A DNA stretch of 64,000 nt from an uncultured Bdellovibrio sp. (GCA_963932905.1 CAWVRN010000002.1:96001-160000); one strand, 5' to 3'. Shown: positions 29,232-39,813, counted from the first letter of the stretch. Made by a program: numbers and translations. The notes: generated from the letters alone by a model not told the origin.

Positions 29232-29837
29232 TTATAAGCAGCGAACTTGTCTGCTAGTGGATACCTCAATCAACGTGTATCCAGCGCAATTATAACCGTA
29301 TGCACCACATGTCACGACTTGATTGTTGTAGTAGAACTGACCGTTACATTGCATCGAAACAACTCCCGTAGAGTTTGAGCAAAACGAATAGTCTACTTGT
29401 TGACCTGTTGTAGAAGAGTAGCACAAGTTTCCATTTAAATAGTAACCGTTAGTACCTGTCGTACATGCTGTCGTGTTTGTTGAACAGTACGTTGTTGCTA
29501 CCGCTTGTCCAGTGGACGATTGGATACAGTTTGATCCACTCCAGTAGTAACCAGTATTAGTCGTTGTTGTTGTCGAACAGTATGTAGTTGCTACGGCTTG
29601 TCCAGTAGATGAAGAGTAACAGTAGTTTCCATTCCAGTAATATCCGGTTGATGTTCCCGAACAAGTAGATGAACAGTACGTGCTAGCAACCACGGTATTT
29701 GATGGAGAGGCATAACATTGATTGCCGCTCCAGTAGTATCCAGTCGTCGTGGTTGTACTGTTGTTTGAGTTGCTCTTATTACAGCTTGTAGTTAACAGTA
29801 GTAGACTTAAAAAACCGAAGTAGAATATTTTTTTCAT
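29232..29837 (-). CDS. Lipoprotein with four Cys/Tyr/Thr-rich GYYW..C repeats
   Basis: Lipobox TTSC; four GYY[WL][SN]G..C...T...V...[YF]CS repeats; GAGG RBS. Confidence 0.85.
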   Translation of the reverse strand: MKKIFYFGFLSLLLLTTSCNKSNSNNSTTTTTGYYWSGNQCYASPSNTVVASTYCSSTCSGTSTGYYWNGNYCYSSSTGQAVATTYCSTTTTTNTGYYWSGSNCIQSSTGQAVATTYCSTNTTACTTGTNGYYLNGNLCYSSTTGQQVDYSFCSNSTGVVSMQCNGQFYYNNQVVTCGAYGYNCAGYTLIEVSTSRQVRCL

Positions 29838-29859
29838 TTGAACCTCACGACTGTCATTA

Positions 29860-29876
29860 GAGCAATACGAGGACCT
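29860..29876 (-). promoter_or_regulatory. Putative sigma54 promoter
   Basis: Minus strand AGGTCCTCGTATTGCTC fits GG-N10-GC with TTGC. Confidence 0.5.
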
Positions 29877-30114
29877 AAATCTCTAAAACGACCTAAGTAT
29901 CTTGAATAAGTGTCAAAAATGTAATCATGGAAAAACTGTGGAAATTGTAAAACCTGTCATACTCACCAAAATGAGACAAAAATGGGCGCACACCCTTAAA
30001 CTAGCATTTAATAAAAGTGTCTCATTCTGAAACGTAAACTTGATTCGCTGTCGTTTAAAATCTGACGAGTGAGTGATGCCTTGTCGTCGAAAACGCTTTG
30101 GTAAGGCCCTCATC

Positions 30115-30130
30115 AGGCCGTCATTATGCA
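30115..30130 (+). promoter_or_regulatory. Putative sigma54 promoter
   Basis: AGGCCGTCATTATGCA fits GG-N10-GC, upstream of ATG 30214. Confidence 0.35.
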
Positions 30131-30213
30131 CATAAAAATAGGTGGGGGCATCTATTCGGTCAAGAAACTCAAGACATTGCATCGGAAATGGATAGAGTTC
30201 GAGGAGATAACTT

Positions 30214-30747
30214 ATGAGTATCAAGGTTCACAAAACATCTTTGAGTTTTGGATTGGCGATTGGAATCGTTATTGGCGGTGTATTCATGTCGTTAATGCTG
30301 CATAAACGAGGCGAACCAGTATCCTTAAGCAAGAAAATCGCAGACTCAGAGGATGTAAATCTAAGTGGGAACATAAAGGAATCTGAACCTACGACGGTAT
30401 ATGAAGATATCGACATTAAACAGGATGCTCGCATAACTAAAATGAAGTGGGATATTGAAAATGCTAAAGATTTGTTGAATTCCGATACCCTGAACTGGGC
30501 TCAAAAACTACCCCAACCAAAGACAATTCAAGAAGAGTATTTCCAATTGTATATGCTAATTGCATTCGAAAAGAAAAACTTGGATGTCCTTGCGGTGGCT
30601 TCAAAAAATAAAGTATTGTTGGAAGACGCGAAAACGAACAGTTCTCTTAAAGACTATATAGGGCAATGTTTAAAGTCTCCTAGCATTGAACAAGAGAAAG
30701 CCGTCAAGGATTTCGTCGTTCATTTCGACGGCATGATCAGTAACTGA
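30214..30747 (+). CDS. Membrane-anchored hypothetical protein
   Basis: GAGGAG RBS, single N-terminal TM. Confidence 0.7.
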   Translation: MSIKVHKTSLSFGLAIGIVIGGVFMSLMLHKRGEPVSLSKKIADSEDVNLSGNIKESEPTTVYEDIDIKQDARITKMKWDIENAKDLLNSDTLNWAQKLPQPKTIQEEYFQLYMLIAFEKKNLDVLAVASKNKVLLEDAKTNSSLKDYIGQCLKSPSIEQEKAVKDFVVHFDGMISN

Positions 30748-30842
30748 TTCGTATATAAATAGTTGAAACGTCTTCCAGAAAAAATCTCGATCTGTTTATT
30801 AGAATCTATGAACAGCTGGATAGCTATTTTGAAAAGTAAATT

Positions 30843-30870
30843 CGGCCTTGAATAGTTGTATCCAAGGCCG
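30843..30870. terminator. Hairpin between convergent genes
   Basis: CGGCCTTG...CAAGGCCG stem. Confidence 0.6.
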
Positions 30871-30879
30871 GTAGAAAAA

Positions 30880-31869
30880 TTAGCCTAAAAGGTGCTTAAC
30901 GCCATCGCGTTCTTCAGTTAGTTCTTTTAGTGTGAATTCCATTTTTTCTTTAGAGAAAGAGTCGATTTCCAAACCTTTAACGATTTTGTAGTCGCCGTTT
31001 TCACATGTGCACGGGAAACCGTAAACGATACCTTCAGGGATACCGTATGAACCGTCCGATGGAACGCCCATAGTTGCCCATTTGCCGTTTGTTCCTAAAC
31101 ACCAGTCACGCATGTGATCAATAGCCGCATTCGCTGCCGACGCCGCCGAGGACAAACCACGAGCTTCGATGATCGCAGCACCACGTTTACCCACAGTTGG
31201 GATGAACGTTTCTTTATACCAAGTTTCATCATTAACAGCCGCTTTCATTGCTTTACCGTTAACTTCTGCGAAACGATAGTCAGGATACATGGTCGGAGAG
31301 TGGTTACCCCATACAACCATTTTTTGAATATCACCAACGGCTGTTTTAGTTTTAGTTGCTAATTGAGAAAGTGCACGATTGTGGTCAAGTCTCATCATCG
31401 CAGTGAAGTTTCTAGGATTTAATTTAGGAGCCGACTTCATCGCAATGTAGGCATTCGTGTTTGCTGGGTTACCCACAACAAGAACTTTTACATTTTTGTT
31501 AGCAACGTCATTTAATGCTTTACCTTGTGCCGTAAAGATTTGTGCATTGGCTTCAAGTAAATCTTTTCTCTCCATACCTTTTGAACGCGGACGAGCGCCA
31601 ACAAGTAACGCGATCTCAGCATCTTTGAACGCTACTTTTGGATCATCAGAACCAATGATTTCTTTCAATAAAGGGAAAGCGCAGTCATCAAGTTCCATCA
31701 TCACGCCTTTAAGCGCTTGCATAGCAGGTGTAACTTCTAGAAGTTGTAAAATTACCGGTTGATCTTTACCAAGCATTTCGCCCGAAGCGATTCTGTAAAG
31801 TAAGCTATAGCCGATTTGTCCAGCAGCCCCGGTTACTGCTACTCTCACGGGAGTTTTCGTAGTTGCCAT
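30880..31869 (-). CDS. mdh: Malate dehydrogenase (cytosolic-type, dimeric family)
   Basis: [33 protein letters not shown] motifs. Confidence 0.97.
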   Translation of the reverse strand: MATTKTPVRVAVTGAAGQIGYSLLYRIASGEMLGKDQPVILQLLEVTPAMQALKGVMMELDDCAFPLLKEIIGSDDPKVAFKDAEIALLVGARPRSKGMERKDLLEANAQIFTAQGKALNDVANKNVKVLVVGNPANTNAYIAMKSAPKLNPRNFTAMMRLDHNRALSQLATKTKTAVGDIQKMVVWGNHSPTMYPDYRFAEVNGKAMKAAVNDETWYKETFIPTVGKRGAAIIEARGLSSAASAANAAIDHMRDWCLGTNGKWATMGVPSDGSYGIPEGIVYGFPCTCENGDYKIVKGLEIDSFSKEKMEFTLKELTEERDGVKHLLG

Positions 31870-31928
31870 TGTGGTCTCCTTAAATAAGTAAAAAAAGTAT
31901 AGTTTACGCTAAATTCTAAGTCTATATT

Positions 31929-32969
31929 TTAAAGCGTTTTTAGATCTACGACGAAGCGGTACTTCACGTCCGACGCGACTGTGCGGGTGTAAGCTTCATT
32001 GATCTTGTCTGCCGAAATTAATTCGATGTCTGAGAAGACTTTTTTCTTCGCACAAAAGTCTAGCATCTCTTGAGTTTCCTTGATGCCCCCAATCAGAGAA
32101 CCGGTCAGAACTTTGCGTCCACCAATTAATCCGAAAGCGTTTAAGCTATTAGGATCCGGAGACACGCCCACTAGGACCATCGTCGCACCTAATTTCAGAC
32201 TGTTTAAGTATGGGGTGAAATCATGCTGTGCGGAAACAGTATCGATAATCAAATCCAAAGTCCCCGCCATTGAAGCAAAAACTTTAGGATCTTTCGTCAC
32301 TTTGAAATGCTTAGCGCCAAGTCGTTTTGCGTCAGATTCTTTGTTCGGAGAGGTGCTGAACACAGTCACTTCCGCGCCCATAGCTTTAGCTAATTTAACG
32401 GCCATGTGGCCTAAACCACCAAGTCCTACAACTCCCACTTTCTTACCTTTGCCTGCTTTGTAGCGCTTCAATGGAGAATAAGTTGTGATCCCTGCACAAA
32501 GAAGTGGCGCAACTTTATCTAACGGAAGTCCTTTCTTCACTTTTAAAACATATTGGTCTTTCACTGTGATGTGAGATGCGTAACCACCGTACGTTGGTGT
32601 TTTGCCATCAAGTTCAGTGCTATTGTATGTGAATACGGTTTTTTTCTCGCAGAATTGTTCTTCATTGTTTTTACATGGGTTACACTTTCCACAAGAATCC
32701 ACAAAGCAGCCCACACCAACAGGTTCGCCAACTTTGAATCGTTTAACTTTTTTTCCAACTTTAATTACGTGACCGACAATTTCATGTCCAGGTACGCACG
32801 GGTAGGCAGCGGGTCCCCACTCTGATCGTACCGTGTGGATGTCAGAATGGCAGATTCCGCAGTAGTCGATTTTAATCATGACGTCGTTAGCGCCGGGTTC
32901 GCGTCGTTCAATAGTGTGAGGTTTAATAGTTCCGCTTTTATCAAAAGCAGCCATACATTTTGATTCCAT
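31929..32969 (-). CDS. Zn-dependent NAD(P)H alcohol/aldehyde dehydrogenase (CAD/YahK-like)
   Basis: CGICHSD, GHEIVG, structural Zn Cys cluster, GLGGLGH; start MESKC at 32969 with AGGAG RBS. Confidence 0.93.
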   Translation of the reverse strand: MESKCMAAFDKSGTIKPHTIERREPGANDVMIKIDYCGICHSDIHTVRSEWGPAAYPCVPGHEIVGHVIKVGKKVKRFKVGEPVGVGCFVDSCGKCNPCKNNEEQFCEKKTVFTYNSTELDGKTPTYGGYASHITVKDQYVLKVKKGLPLDKVAPLLCAGITTYSPLKRYKAGKGKKVGVVGLGGLGHMAVKLAKAMGAEVTVFSTSPNKESDAKRLGAKHFKVTKDPKVFASMAGTLDLIIDTVSAQHDFTPYLNSLKLGATMVLVGVSPDPNSLNAFGLIGGRKVLTGSLIGGIKETQEMLDFCAKKKVFSDIELISADKINEAYTRTVASDVKYRFVVDLKTL

Positions 32970-33284
32970 TTTTGATCTCCTGATATGTGAATTGAGTAGA
33001 AGTAAATCTACACATGTCCGTCGAAATAGCACAATGGGAAAATAGTTTAGTTGCTATTGCGCTGGACCACTGGCAGGCTTTGGTTAATGAGGCATTCGAA
33101 TTTTAGAATTTATATTCTGATCATCGTGTTTCTAGCAGTGAAAATTGCTCTATCGTAGGCTGCATGAAAAACAATGCATGGATTCCAAACCGGGTGGGAT
33201 CGCATAGGTCGCAGGAAAAACGTTGACCTACTTTAAAAGACGACCAACCATTTTTTTATCCATTTAAACGTGTATTTTTAAGAA

Positions 33285-33306
33285 GGCTTCGGGTGCCCCA
33301 AAGCCT
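33285..33306 (-). terminator. Probable terminator hairpin downstream of the 33315-33752 gene
   Basis: GGCTTCGGG-TGC-CCCAAAGCC imperfect stem. Confidence 0.45.
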
Positions 33307-33314
33307 ATTATAGT

Positions 33315-33752
33315 CTATAGATTTTCTTCTAAGAAGCTTTTTACGGAATCAGGACCAGGACAGCCGTTGCCATGTAAATTTGCCGCGAAAACTAGAGTAT
33401 CGTTCTCAAGAGTTAATTTTCCTTCGCGATCGTGAATAAATTTAACTTTTTTGATTTTGTCACGGAAAGCATCTTTTGACATTTGATCGGTGCAAACTTT
33501 TTTCAAGCCTTCTTCAAAATTTTGTAAAAACCACTCCCTGATGTTGTTGCCGTTATTCAGGAACATGTTTTCAAAACTATCAGTTAGAAGTCCTTGTTCT
33601 ACCGTCGCCCAATCAAATTCAATATTAACTGTACCTCCGGCGATAGCTGAAATTTTCGTATGGTAATTGATGAAGTCTGCATTTTCTTTGTGTTGTTGGA
33701 TGTAGCGTTTTTGTTGTAGATTTAATTTTTTAGTCTCTTGAGCGCCTGACAT
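33315..33752 (-). CDS. Cytoplasmic hypothetical protein
   Basis: AAGGAG RBS, 145 aa, EFDW and VCTDQMSKDA motifs. Confidence 0.75.
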   Translation of the reverse strand: MSGAQETKKLNLQQKRYIQQHKENADFINYHTKISAIAGGTVNIEFDWATVEQGLLTDSFENMFLNNGNNIREWFLQNFEEGLKKVCTDQMSKDAFRDKIKKVKFIHDREGKLTLENDTLVFAANLHGNGCPGPDSVKSFLEENL

Positions 33753-33926
33753 AAAATCTCCTTGCTATAATGTTTTATATATTTTGAGTGGGGATATACC
33801 GACACGCAAATTGTTTTTGATATGGAACTACATAGATTCAATGTGGTTCTTTATACCAAAGAAAAATGAAAAATCTCGACTATGGAAGGGCTAGCATTCT
33901 GCAACCGGTTATTGCCTAGGAAGCCA

Positions 33927-34346
33927 TCAGATAAGTTTGATTTTAAGTTCTTTAAAGCCGGTCTCGGGATCAAATTCTCGATCAAACCGAATGCCAGAAT
34001 AGCTGGCGACAACGACCTCACCGGTTGTAAAGATCTGATTACCATCGCTCAGGTGGCCGCCGTAAACGCGTGCCTCCTTATCAGCGATTGATATATGAAT
34101 GTGCACGCCTTCGGTGGAAAGCAATCCAGAGAGGGTTAAAATTTCATGCGGTTCATTTGATTCATAAAAGGAATCAGAACTGGCTTTTCTCAATTTAGTA
34201 GTGCTTAAACTGCCCACACCACTAACAATGGAACCAGCGTGTATTTGATGGTTCTTGCAAAAACTGATCAGCGATTGGCGAAGATCTTCGCCAGGAGATA
34301 ATTTCACAAAATAAAAGGAGCAACTATCGCTGGAAATATTAGCCAT
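33927..34346 (-). CDS. PPC/DUF296 domain protein
   Basis: LSPGEDL, GVGSL, EILTLSG, HIHISIAD, GGHL motifs. Confidence 0.9.
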   Translation of the reverse strand: MANISSDSCSFYFVKLSPGEDLRQSLISFCKNHQIHAGSIVSGVGSLSTTKLRKASSDSFYESNEPHEILTLSGLLSTEGVHIHISIADKEARVYGGHLSDGNQIFTTGEVVVASYSGIRFDREFDPETGFKELKIKLI

Positions 34347-34376
34347 ATTTGCTCCTTCAGAGATCAGATAAAGCGA

Positions 34377-34751
34377 TTAAGCTTCACCTTTTTGAGATTC
34401 GATTTCTTTTCTAACTTCATCCATATCCAATTTTTTTACTTGGGTAGTGATGTCCGCAAGACCCTCTTCTGGCAACATACCTGGCTCTAGGAATACCAGA
34501 GTTTGCTCTTTAAAAATTCCTACCGTAGGGATGCTTTGGATACCAAATGAAGCCGCGATTTCTGGTTCCTCATCCGTATTCACTTTAGCAAAAATCATAT
34601 CCGTGTTTTTGGACGCGAATTCTTCGAAAATTGGAGCAAACTGTTTGCACGGTCCACACCAAGGAGCCCAGAAATCGATCATGACGATTTTGTTTCCATT
34701 AATTGTGTTTTCAAAATTCGTCTTATCTAGTTTCAAAATATTGTCAGCCAT
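34377..34751 (-). CDS. Thioredoxin
   Basis: DFWAPWCGPCK active site. Confidence 0.93.
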   Translation of the reverse strand: MADNILKLDKTNFENTINGNKIVMIDFWAPWCGPCKQFAPIFEEFASKNTDMIFAKVNTDEEPEIAASFGIQSIPTVGIFKEQTLVFLEPGMLPEEGLADITTQVKKLDMDEVRKEIESQKGEA

Positions 34752-34761
34752 GGGGCCTCCG

Positions 34762-36633
34762 TTAGTTTACTCTAGCCATCAGGTCAGAGATTTGTTTCGT
34801 AAATTTTCCTGGATCAGGTAATTCAGATCCTTCATTTAACAATGCTTGGTTGTACAGAATTTCTGACCAAGTTTTTTGATCTTCTACAGGTTTAGAAAGC
34901 ATCGTTTCAAACAATGGGTGTTTCAAGTTCAATTCTAAAATACGCTTTACCTTAGGTGCTTGAATATCACCACCCATGCGGCTCATGATGCGTTCCATGT
35001 TTGCTGAAGGGTCATTCGCCGAATTCACCAGAACCGCCGCCGACGTGCTTAGACGATCAGACACTACGATATCTTTGATGTTTTCAGAAAGACTAGTTTT
35101 CATTGTTTCGATCAAAGGCATAAAGCGTTCTTTAAGCGACTTGTTTTCTTCTTCTTTTTTCTTTTTGTCTTCTTCTGAATCCAAATTCAAATCATCGCGA
35201 GTGATGGATTGAAGTTTTTTATCTTTGTATGTTGGTAGCGCTGACATAACCCATTCATCCACTGGATCTACGCACAATAGAACTTCTAAACCTTTCTCGT
35301 TTAGTTTTTCCATATATGGCGTATTTCTAACTTGTGATAAGCTTTCTCCTGTAATGAAGAAAATTTCTTTTTGATCTGGCTTCATGCGTGCAATGTATTC
35401 ATCCAGTGTAGTGAATGAATCTTGAGTCGAGCTATTGAACAAGATTAAATCTTGTAGTTTTTCTTTGGCTGACATGTCCATCGCGACGCCTTCTTTTAAC
35501 GTCGAACCGAATTCTTTCCAGAAACTATCGTATTCTTTGCGCGAGTTAGTTAGTAAATCTTTTAATGTGGCGTAAATTTTGTTCGTGACATTTTTCTTGA
35601 TCAACTGAACCTGACGATCTTGCTGTAAGATTTCGCGAGATACGTTCAATGATAAGTCGGCGCTGTCCACAAGACCTTTAACGAAACGTAAATGCGAAGG
35701 GATTAAGTCTTTGCAATCGTTCATGATAAACACGCGTTTAACGTACAAATTTAAACCGTAGTCTGTGTCGCGCGAATGGAAATTCATTGGACGCTTAGCT
35801 GGGATGTACAATAATGAGTTAAACTCCATCGTACCTTCGGCCTTGTAGTGTACTGTTTTAAGAGGTTCATTCCAGTCGTGTGATAAATGGTGATAGAACT
35901 CAGTGTATTCTTCCGGTTTGATTTCACTTGGTGTACGCAGCCATAAAGCTTTCATTGAATTCAAAGTTTGATCTTCTTCTTTATCCTGATTCTTAGTTTT
36001 CATTAGAATAGGGTAAGAAATAAAATCAGAGTATTTTTTAACTAGTGAACGTAAAGTCCACTCATCAGTAAAATCACTAACGTTATCTTCCGCTTCGAAT
36101 TTTTTAAGGTGAAGAGTGATTGTAGTCCCTGTGCCTTCTGGACGAGGAACTTCATCGATCGTGTAGGTGCCATCACCGCTAGATTCCCAAACGACACCGT
36201 TATTTTCGCCGGCCTTTTGAGTGTGTAATGTTACTTTTTCAGCCACCATGAATGAGGAATAGAAACCAACACCAAATTGGCCGATTAATTCTGGGCGGTC
36301 TTTTAATTCTTGAGAAATTTTTTGATAAGTTTGAGTGCCTGAACGAGCAATGGTTCCGATATACTCGACTACCTCGTCTTTAGACATACCAATACCCGAA
36401 TCTTGAATTTTAAGGGTATTGTTTTCTTTGTTGGGAACTAAACGGATTTGATAGGTGTGATCGTTTTTAGCTAGTTCAGGCTTGGTTAAAGCTTCGAATC
36501 TTAATTTATCTAAAGCATCCGATGCGTTTGAGACAAGTTCTCTAAGGAAAATCTCTTTATGTGAATATAACGAGTGGATCATTAGATCCAAAAGTTTCTT
36601 GATTTCCGCGTTAAAGCTTTGAGTTTGTTTCAT
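34762..36633 (-). CDS. htpG: Chaperone HtpG (Hsp90)
   Basis: [37 protein letters not shown]. Confidence 0.97.
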
Positions 36634-36635
36634 GT

Positions 36636-36686
36636 TCAGCGACTCCTTAAGGATAAAAATTATTTACCCTTAATATGAGTCGCTGA
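36636..36686 (-). promoter_or_regulatory. SD-sequestering hairpin upstream of htpG (RNA-thermometer candidate)
   Basis: Two-part stem TCAGCGACTC/GAGTCGCTGA and TTAAGGGTAAA/TTTATCCTTAA covers AAGGAG. Confidence 0.5.
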
Positions 36687-36701
36687 TGGAACCTGTCAAC
36701 C

Positions 36702-36803
36702 ACGACGGCTTAATATTGAATTTTTCGGCGTTACTGCGTCGTCGACGTGCTAGGCGCACGCCTTCCTCCTAGTGCCTTGATAAATTCAATATTAAGCCGT
36801 CGT
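36702..36803. repeat. Palindromic element with 22-bp perfect terminal inverted repeats (MITE/REP-like)
   Basis: ACGACGGCTTAATATTGAATTT ... AAATTCAATATTAAGCCGTCGT flanking a GC-rich 58-bp core. Confidence 0.75.
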
Positions 36804-36808
36804 ACTAC

Positions 36809-38218
36809 CTAAACTTCCATTTGCGGGCCGGCGCCGTAAGGGCGTAAGCCTTTCTTTTTGATCTTTTCTACCAGTGTGGTGCGGTTTAAACGCAATAGAG
36901 CGGCTGCTTGGTTACGATTCCAGCCCGTTTTCTCTAATGCCTTCAGAATTAGGCTGTTTTCAAAGGCATCAACGGCCGAATTGAAATCCAAGCCGTTATC
37001 TGGGATGTCTTCAAATTGGAATTCTTCCTTCTTTTCGACCTTAACTTGATATTTCGCAGGCAAATCAGACATTTCGATCGTGCCTTCGGTTTTCAAGATC
37101 GTTAGGCGTTCAACCAAGTTCTCTAGTTCGCGGATGTTTCCTGGCCATGGATACTGAATTAGACTATCTAAAGCCGCTTCGCTAAAACCAGTGATCCGTT
37201 TCGTTTTAAATTTGTTAAACTGAGTTAAAAAGTGTGTCAGTAACAATGGGATATCGGCCTTACGCTCTTGCAAAGCCGGTAGCTGCACAGGGATCACATT
37301 CAAGCGATAGTACAAGTCCTCGCGGAACTGACCTTCTTCAACGGCTTGTTCTAAGTTGATGTTGGTCGCTGCAATCACGCGAACGTTTACATTAACAGTT
37401 TTGACTCCGCCCACTGGCTCGAACGACTTTTCTTGAAGGGCGCGAAGGATCTTAACTTGTAGGCTTGGATCCAGGTCTCCGATTTCGTCTAAAAACAGTG
37501 TTCCTCCGTCAGCCATTTCGAATCTTCCTAAACGATTACTTATAGCACCAGTGAAGGCGCCTTTTACATGACCGAATAGTTCGCTTTCTAATAATTCAGC
37601 CGGGATAGCGCCGCAGTTAATTGCGATGAATGGACCCGAAGCACGTGATGAATTGAAATGAATCGCTTTAGCAATCAATTCTTTACCCGTGCCGCTTTGG
37701 CCCGTAACTAGAACCGTGGCTTCTGAATCAGCTACTTTTTCTACCAGACTGAGTACGCCTTGGATGCTTTCACTGCGGCCGATGATTTGATCGAATTTGT
37801 ATTTTTTATTTACTACTGTTTTAAGTAGCTTGTTTTCAACTTGAAGCTTCTTGTGCTCTAGCGCTTTATCCACAAGTCCCAGAAGCTCATCCACATTTAC
37901 TGGTTTCGTCATAAAGTGGTAAGCCCCTCGCTGAGTTGCCGAGATTGCGGTTTCGATGGTCGCAAAACCTGTAAGGATAATCACTTCGATGGCCGGGTTC
38001 ATGCGCTTTAAGATATCCATGAAATCCAAACCGTTTCCGTCAGGTAAACTCATATCGACGATAGCTAAATCGAATTGATTTTCACCTTGGGTAAACATTT
38101 TGGCTTCTTGTAAAGTTCCTGAGGTAACGACATCTAAGTTTCTTTTAGAGATCGCTCTTGATAAGACGGTTCTTAGTTGCGAGTCGTCTTCTAGAATCAA
38201 AACTTTTGGATTCTTCAT
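36809..38218 (-). CDS. NtrC-family sigma54-dependent response regulator
   Basis: Receiver (LEDD, D-MSLP, KP), [35 protein letters not shown]; likely start MKNPK at 38218. Confidence 0.95.
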   Translation of the reverse strand: MKNPKVLILEDDSQLRTVLSRAISKRNLDVVTSGTLQEAKMFTQGENQFDLAIVDMSLPDGNGLDFMDILKRMNPAIEVIILTGFATIETAISATQRGAYHFMTKPVNVDELLGLVDKALEHKKLQVENKLLKTVVNKKYKFDQIIGRSESIQGVLSLVEKVADSEATVLVTGQSGTGKELIAKAIHFNSSRASGPFIAINCGAIPAELLESELFGHVKGAFTGAISNRLGRFEMADGGTLFLDEIGDLDPSLQVKILRALQEKSFEPVGGVKTVNVNVRVIAATNINLEQAVEEGQFREDLYYRLNVIPVQLPALQERKADIPLLLTHFLTQFNKFKTKRITGFSEAALDSLIQYPWPGNIRELENLVERLTILKTEGTIEMSDLPAKYQVKVEKKEEFQFEDIPDNGLDFNSAVDAFENSLILKALEKTGWNRNQAAALLRLNRTTLVEKIKKKGLRPYGAGPQMEV

Positions 38219-38448
38219 TAACCTTCCTTCCTGGTAGGTTGTTGTATTTGTCGCTCCGCCAATCATTGGCTTCTGTCCCCTATGGGAAGAGAACGTCGTG
38301 ACATAACTATATGTTATTAAAATTTGACAGTACTGTCAAAAAATCAACTCTGTTTTTTTAAAAAAACGCTAAAATCTTGACTAGCGTTGAGTTTCCGAGC
38401 GGGCCTTGGACCAGTTAACTTTCCGACGATCTAGACCAAGACACAGTT

Positions 38449-39813
38449 TTAGCCGCGTGTATTAACTAATAAATTGTTTACAATTTCAGCGCATTTTTTG
38501 ATCGCCGCTTCTATCGACTTTAAATCCGCATACATTGGATCAGAACTTTGCGTGTCCATAATCAATAGCTGAGTATAGGACAACAATCCCCCCAACGGAT
38601 TATTAATTTCATGAGCAATACTGCTAGAAAGTATCCCTAACTCTGCTTTAGGTGCTAATTCTAATAATTCTTGTTCTAACTGCATTTTCTGAGTGATGTT
38701 GCGATAGTAGTGAATTGCATATTTCTTGCCATCTAAACCAACGGACTGGCCAGCAACTTCAAAGTGTTCTTTGTTCTGAGTTATCTCAAATTTAGAACCC
38801 ATTTGACAGCCTTCACACGGAATTGCGCGACCAAATAAAAACTGGTGGCACTTTTGTGGTGCTTGGAAATTATCTAAATTTGTTTGTACGATATTATATT
38901 CAGCATCAACCAAGATGATCGCATCCTTAATCGCGTTGAATAAGGTTTTCCAGTAATTGTGAATTTTCTCAAGTTTGTTTCTGTTCTCAAATCGTTCGGT
39001 TGCTAAACTTACGGCTTCCGTCACGCGTGCTAAGAATTCGGACTCTTCCTTAGTGAATGGCTTCTGCAAAGAGCGCATGAAAAATACAGATCCAATTTCG
39101 CTATTTTGTTTGTGAACGCGGAATCGCAAGTACTGGTATTGCAGCTGTGATTCAAGTTCTTTAACGAACAAATCGTCCGTCGGAGAAAAACAAATTTTAA
39201 TCCACTGGATTTCAAAAGTTCTAAGAAGTTCTTCGTTTAGATTCTTTTCGAGCTCTTCCAAGTTTTGCGATTGGTAGACTGTAGTCAATGCCTTACGGAA
39301 GGATTCGATACGCAGATTCGTGAAGAACAATTTTCGACGAGATTCGACTAGGAACTTGGTACGCTTTTCAATTTTCTCATCTAGACTGGCACGCAGTTTA
39401 ACTAATTTTTGATTCTGTTCTTCGAAAAGTGCTTTGTAGCTTTCGAACTGCTTTTCTTGATACGATTTTTCTAGTGATAGGTTTAAAAATTGTTCAATGT
39501 TTTTGTCGTTGTACGAAGTGAAGATTTTGCTAAAAGAATACTTCCACTGCAAATCTAGAAGTGACTTTTTCGAAAAATCGGCAGGGACGACGGCTACAAT
39601 TTGTAAATGCGGGTTGTTTTGCTTCCATTTTGTATACAAATCAAAGAAACGTTTTTCCAATACGGCCGTTAAATTAATTCCGAGGACGTCAATTAGCGAC
39701 CGATCAAACTGGTAATTAGCTTCGTACAAATCATTTACGATCACAGCCCCAATTTCACTCAGGTGCTTTGGCCAGGGACCAACCAGCAAAAATTTGTGAA
39801 TTATAGCTGACAT
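38449..39813 (-). CDS. Sensor protein ending in a HisKA/DHp domain, with no HATPase domain
   Basis: GAF/PAS-like middle region; IAHEINNPL H-box about 50 aa from the C-terminus; no N, G1 or G2 boxes. Confidence 0.8.
   Translation of the reverse strand: MSAIIHKFLLVGPWPKHLSEIGAVIVNDLYEANYQFDRSLIDVLGINLTAVLEKRFFDLYTKWKQNNPHLQIVAVVPADFSKKSLLDLQWKYSFSKIFTSYNDKNIEQFLNLSLEKSYQEKQFESYKALFEEQNQKLVKLRASLDEKIEKRTKFLVESRRKLFFTNLRIESFRKALTTVYQSQNLEELEKNLNEELLRTFEIQWIKICFSPTDDLFVKELESQLQYQYLRFRVHKQNSEIGSVFFMRSLQKPFTKEESEFLARVTEAVSLATERFENRNKLEKIHNYWKTLFNAIKDAIILVDAEYNIVQTNLDNFQAPQKCHQFLFGRAIPCEGCQMGSKFEITQNKEHFEVAGQSVGLDGKKYAIHYYRNITQKMQLEQELLELAPKAELGILSSSIAHEINNPLGGLLSYTQLLIMDTQSSDPMYADLKSIEAAIKKCAEIVNNLLVNTRG

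Noticed and set aside
29430..29760. CRISPR-like or DGR-like DNA repeats
   Set aside because: The repeats are in-frame protein repeats with synonymous variation; no spacers, cas genes or reverse transcriptase
29925..30224. 99-aa ORF in the divergent intergenic region
   Set aside because: Overlaps promoter-like elements and the start of the 30214 gene; no recognisable features
33033..33314. Riboswitch (e.g. c-di-GMP) upstream of the alcohol dehydrogenase
   Set aside because: No GEMM or other aptamer consensus could be matched; only a terminator-like hairpin
36634..36700. CIRCE/HrcA operator upstream of htpG
   Set aside because: The inverted repeat is not TTAGCACTC-N9-GAGTGCTAA, and its spacer is 31 nt
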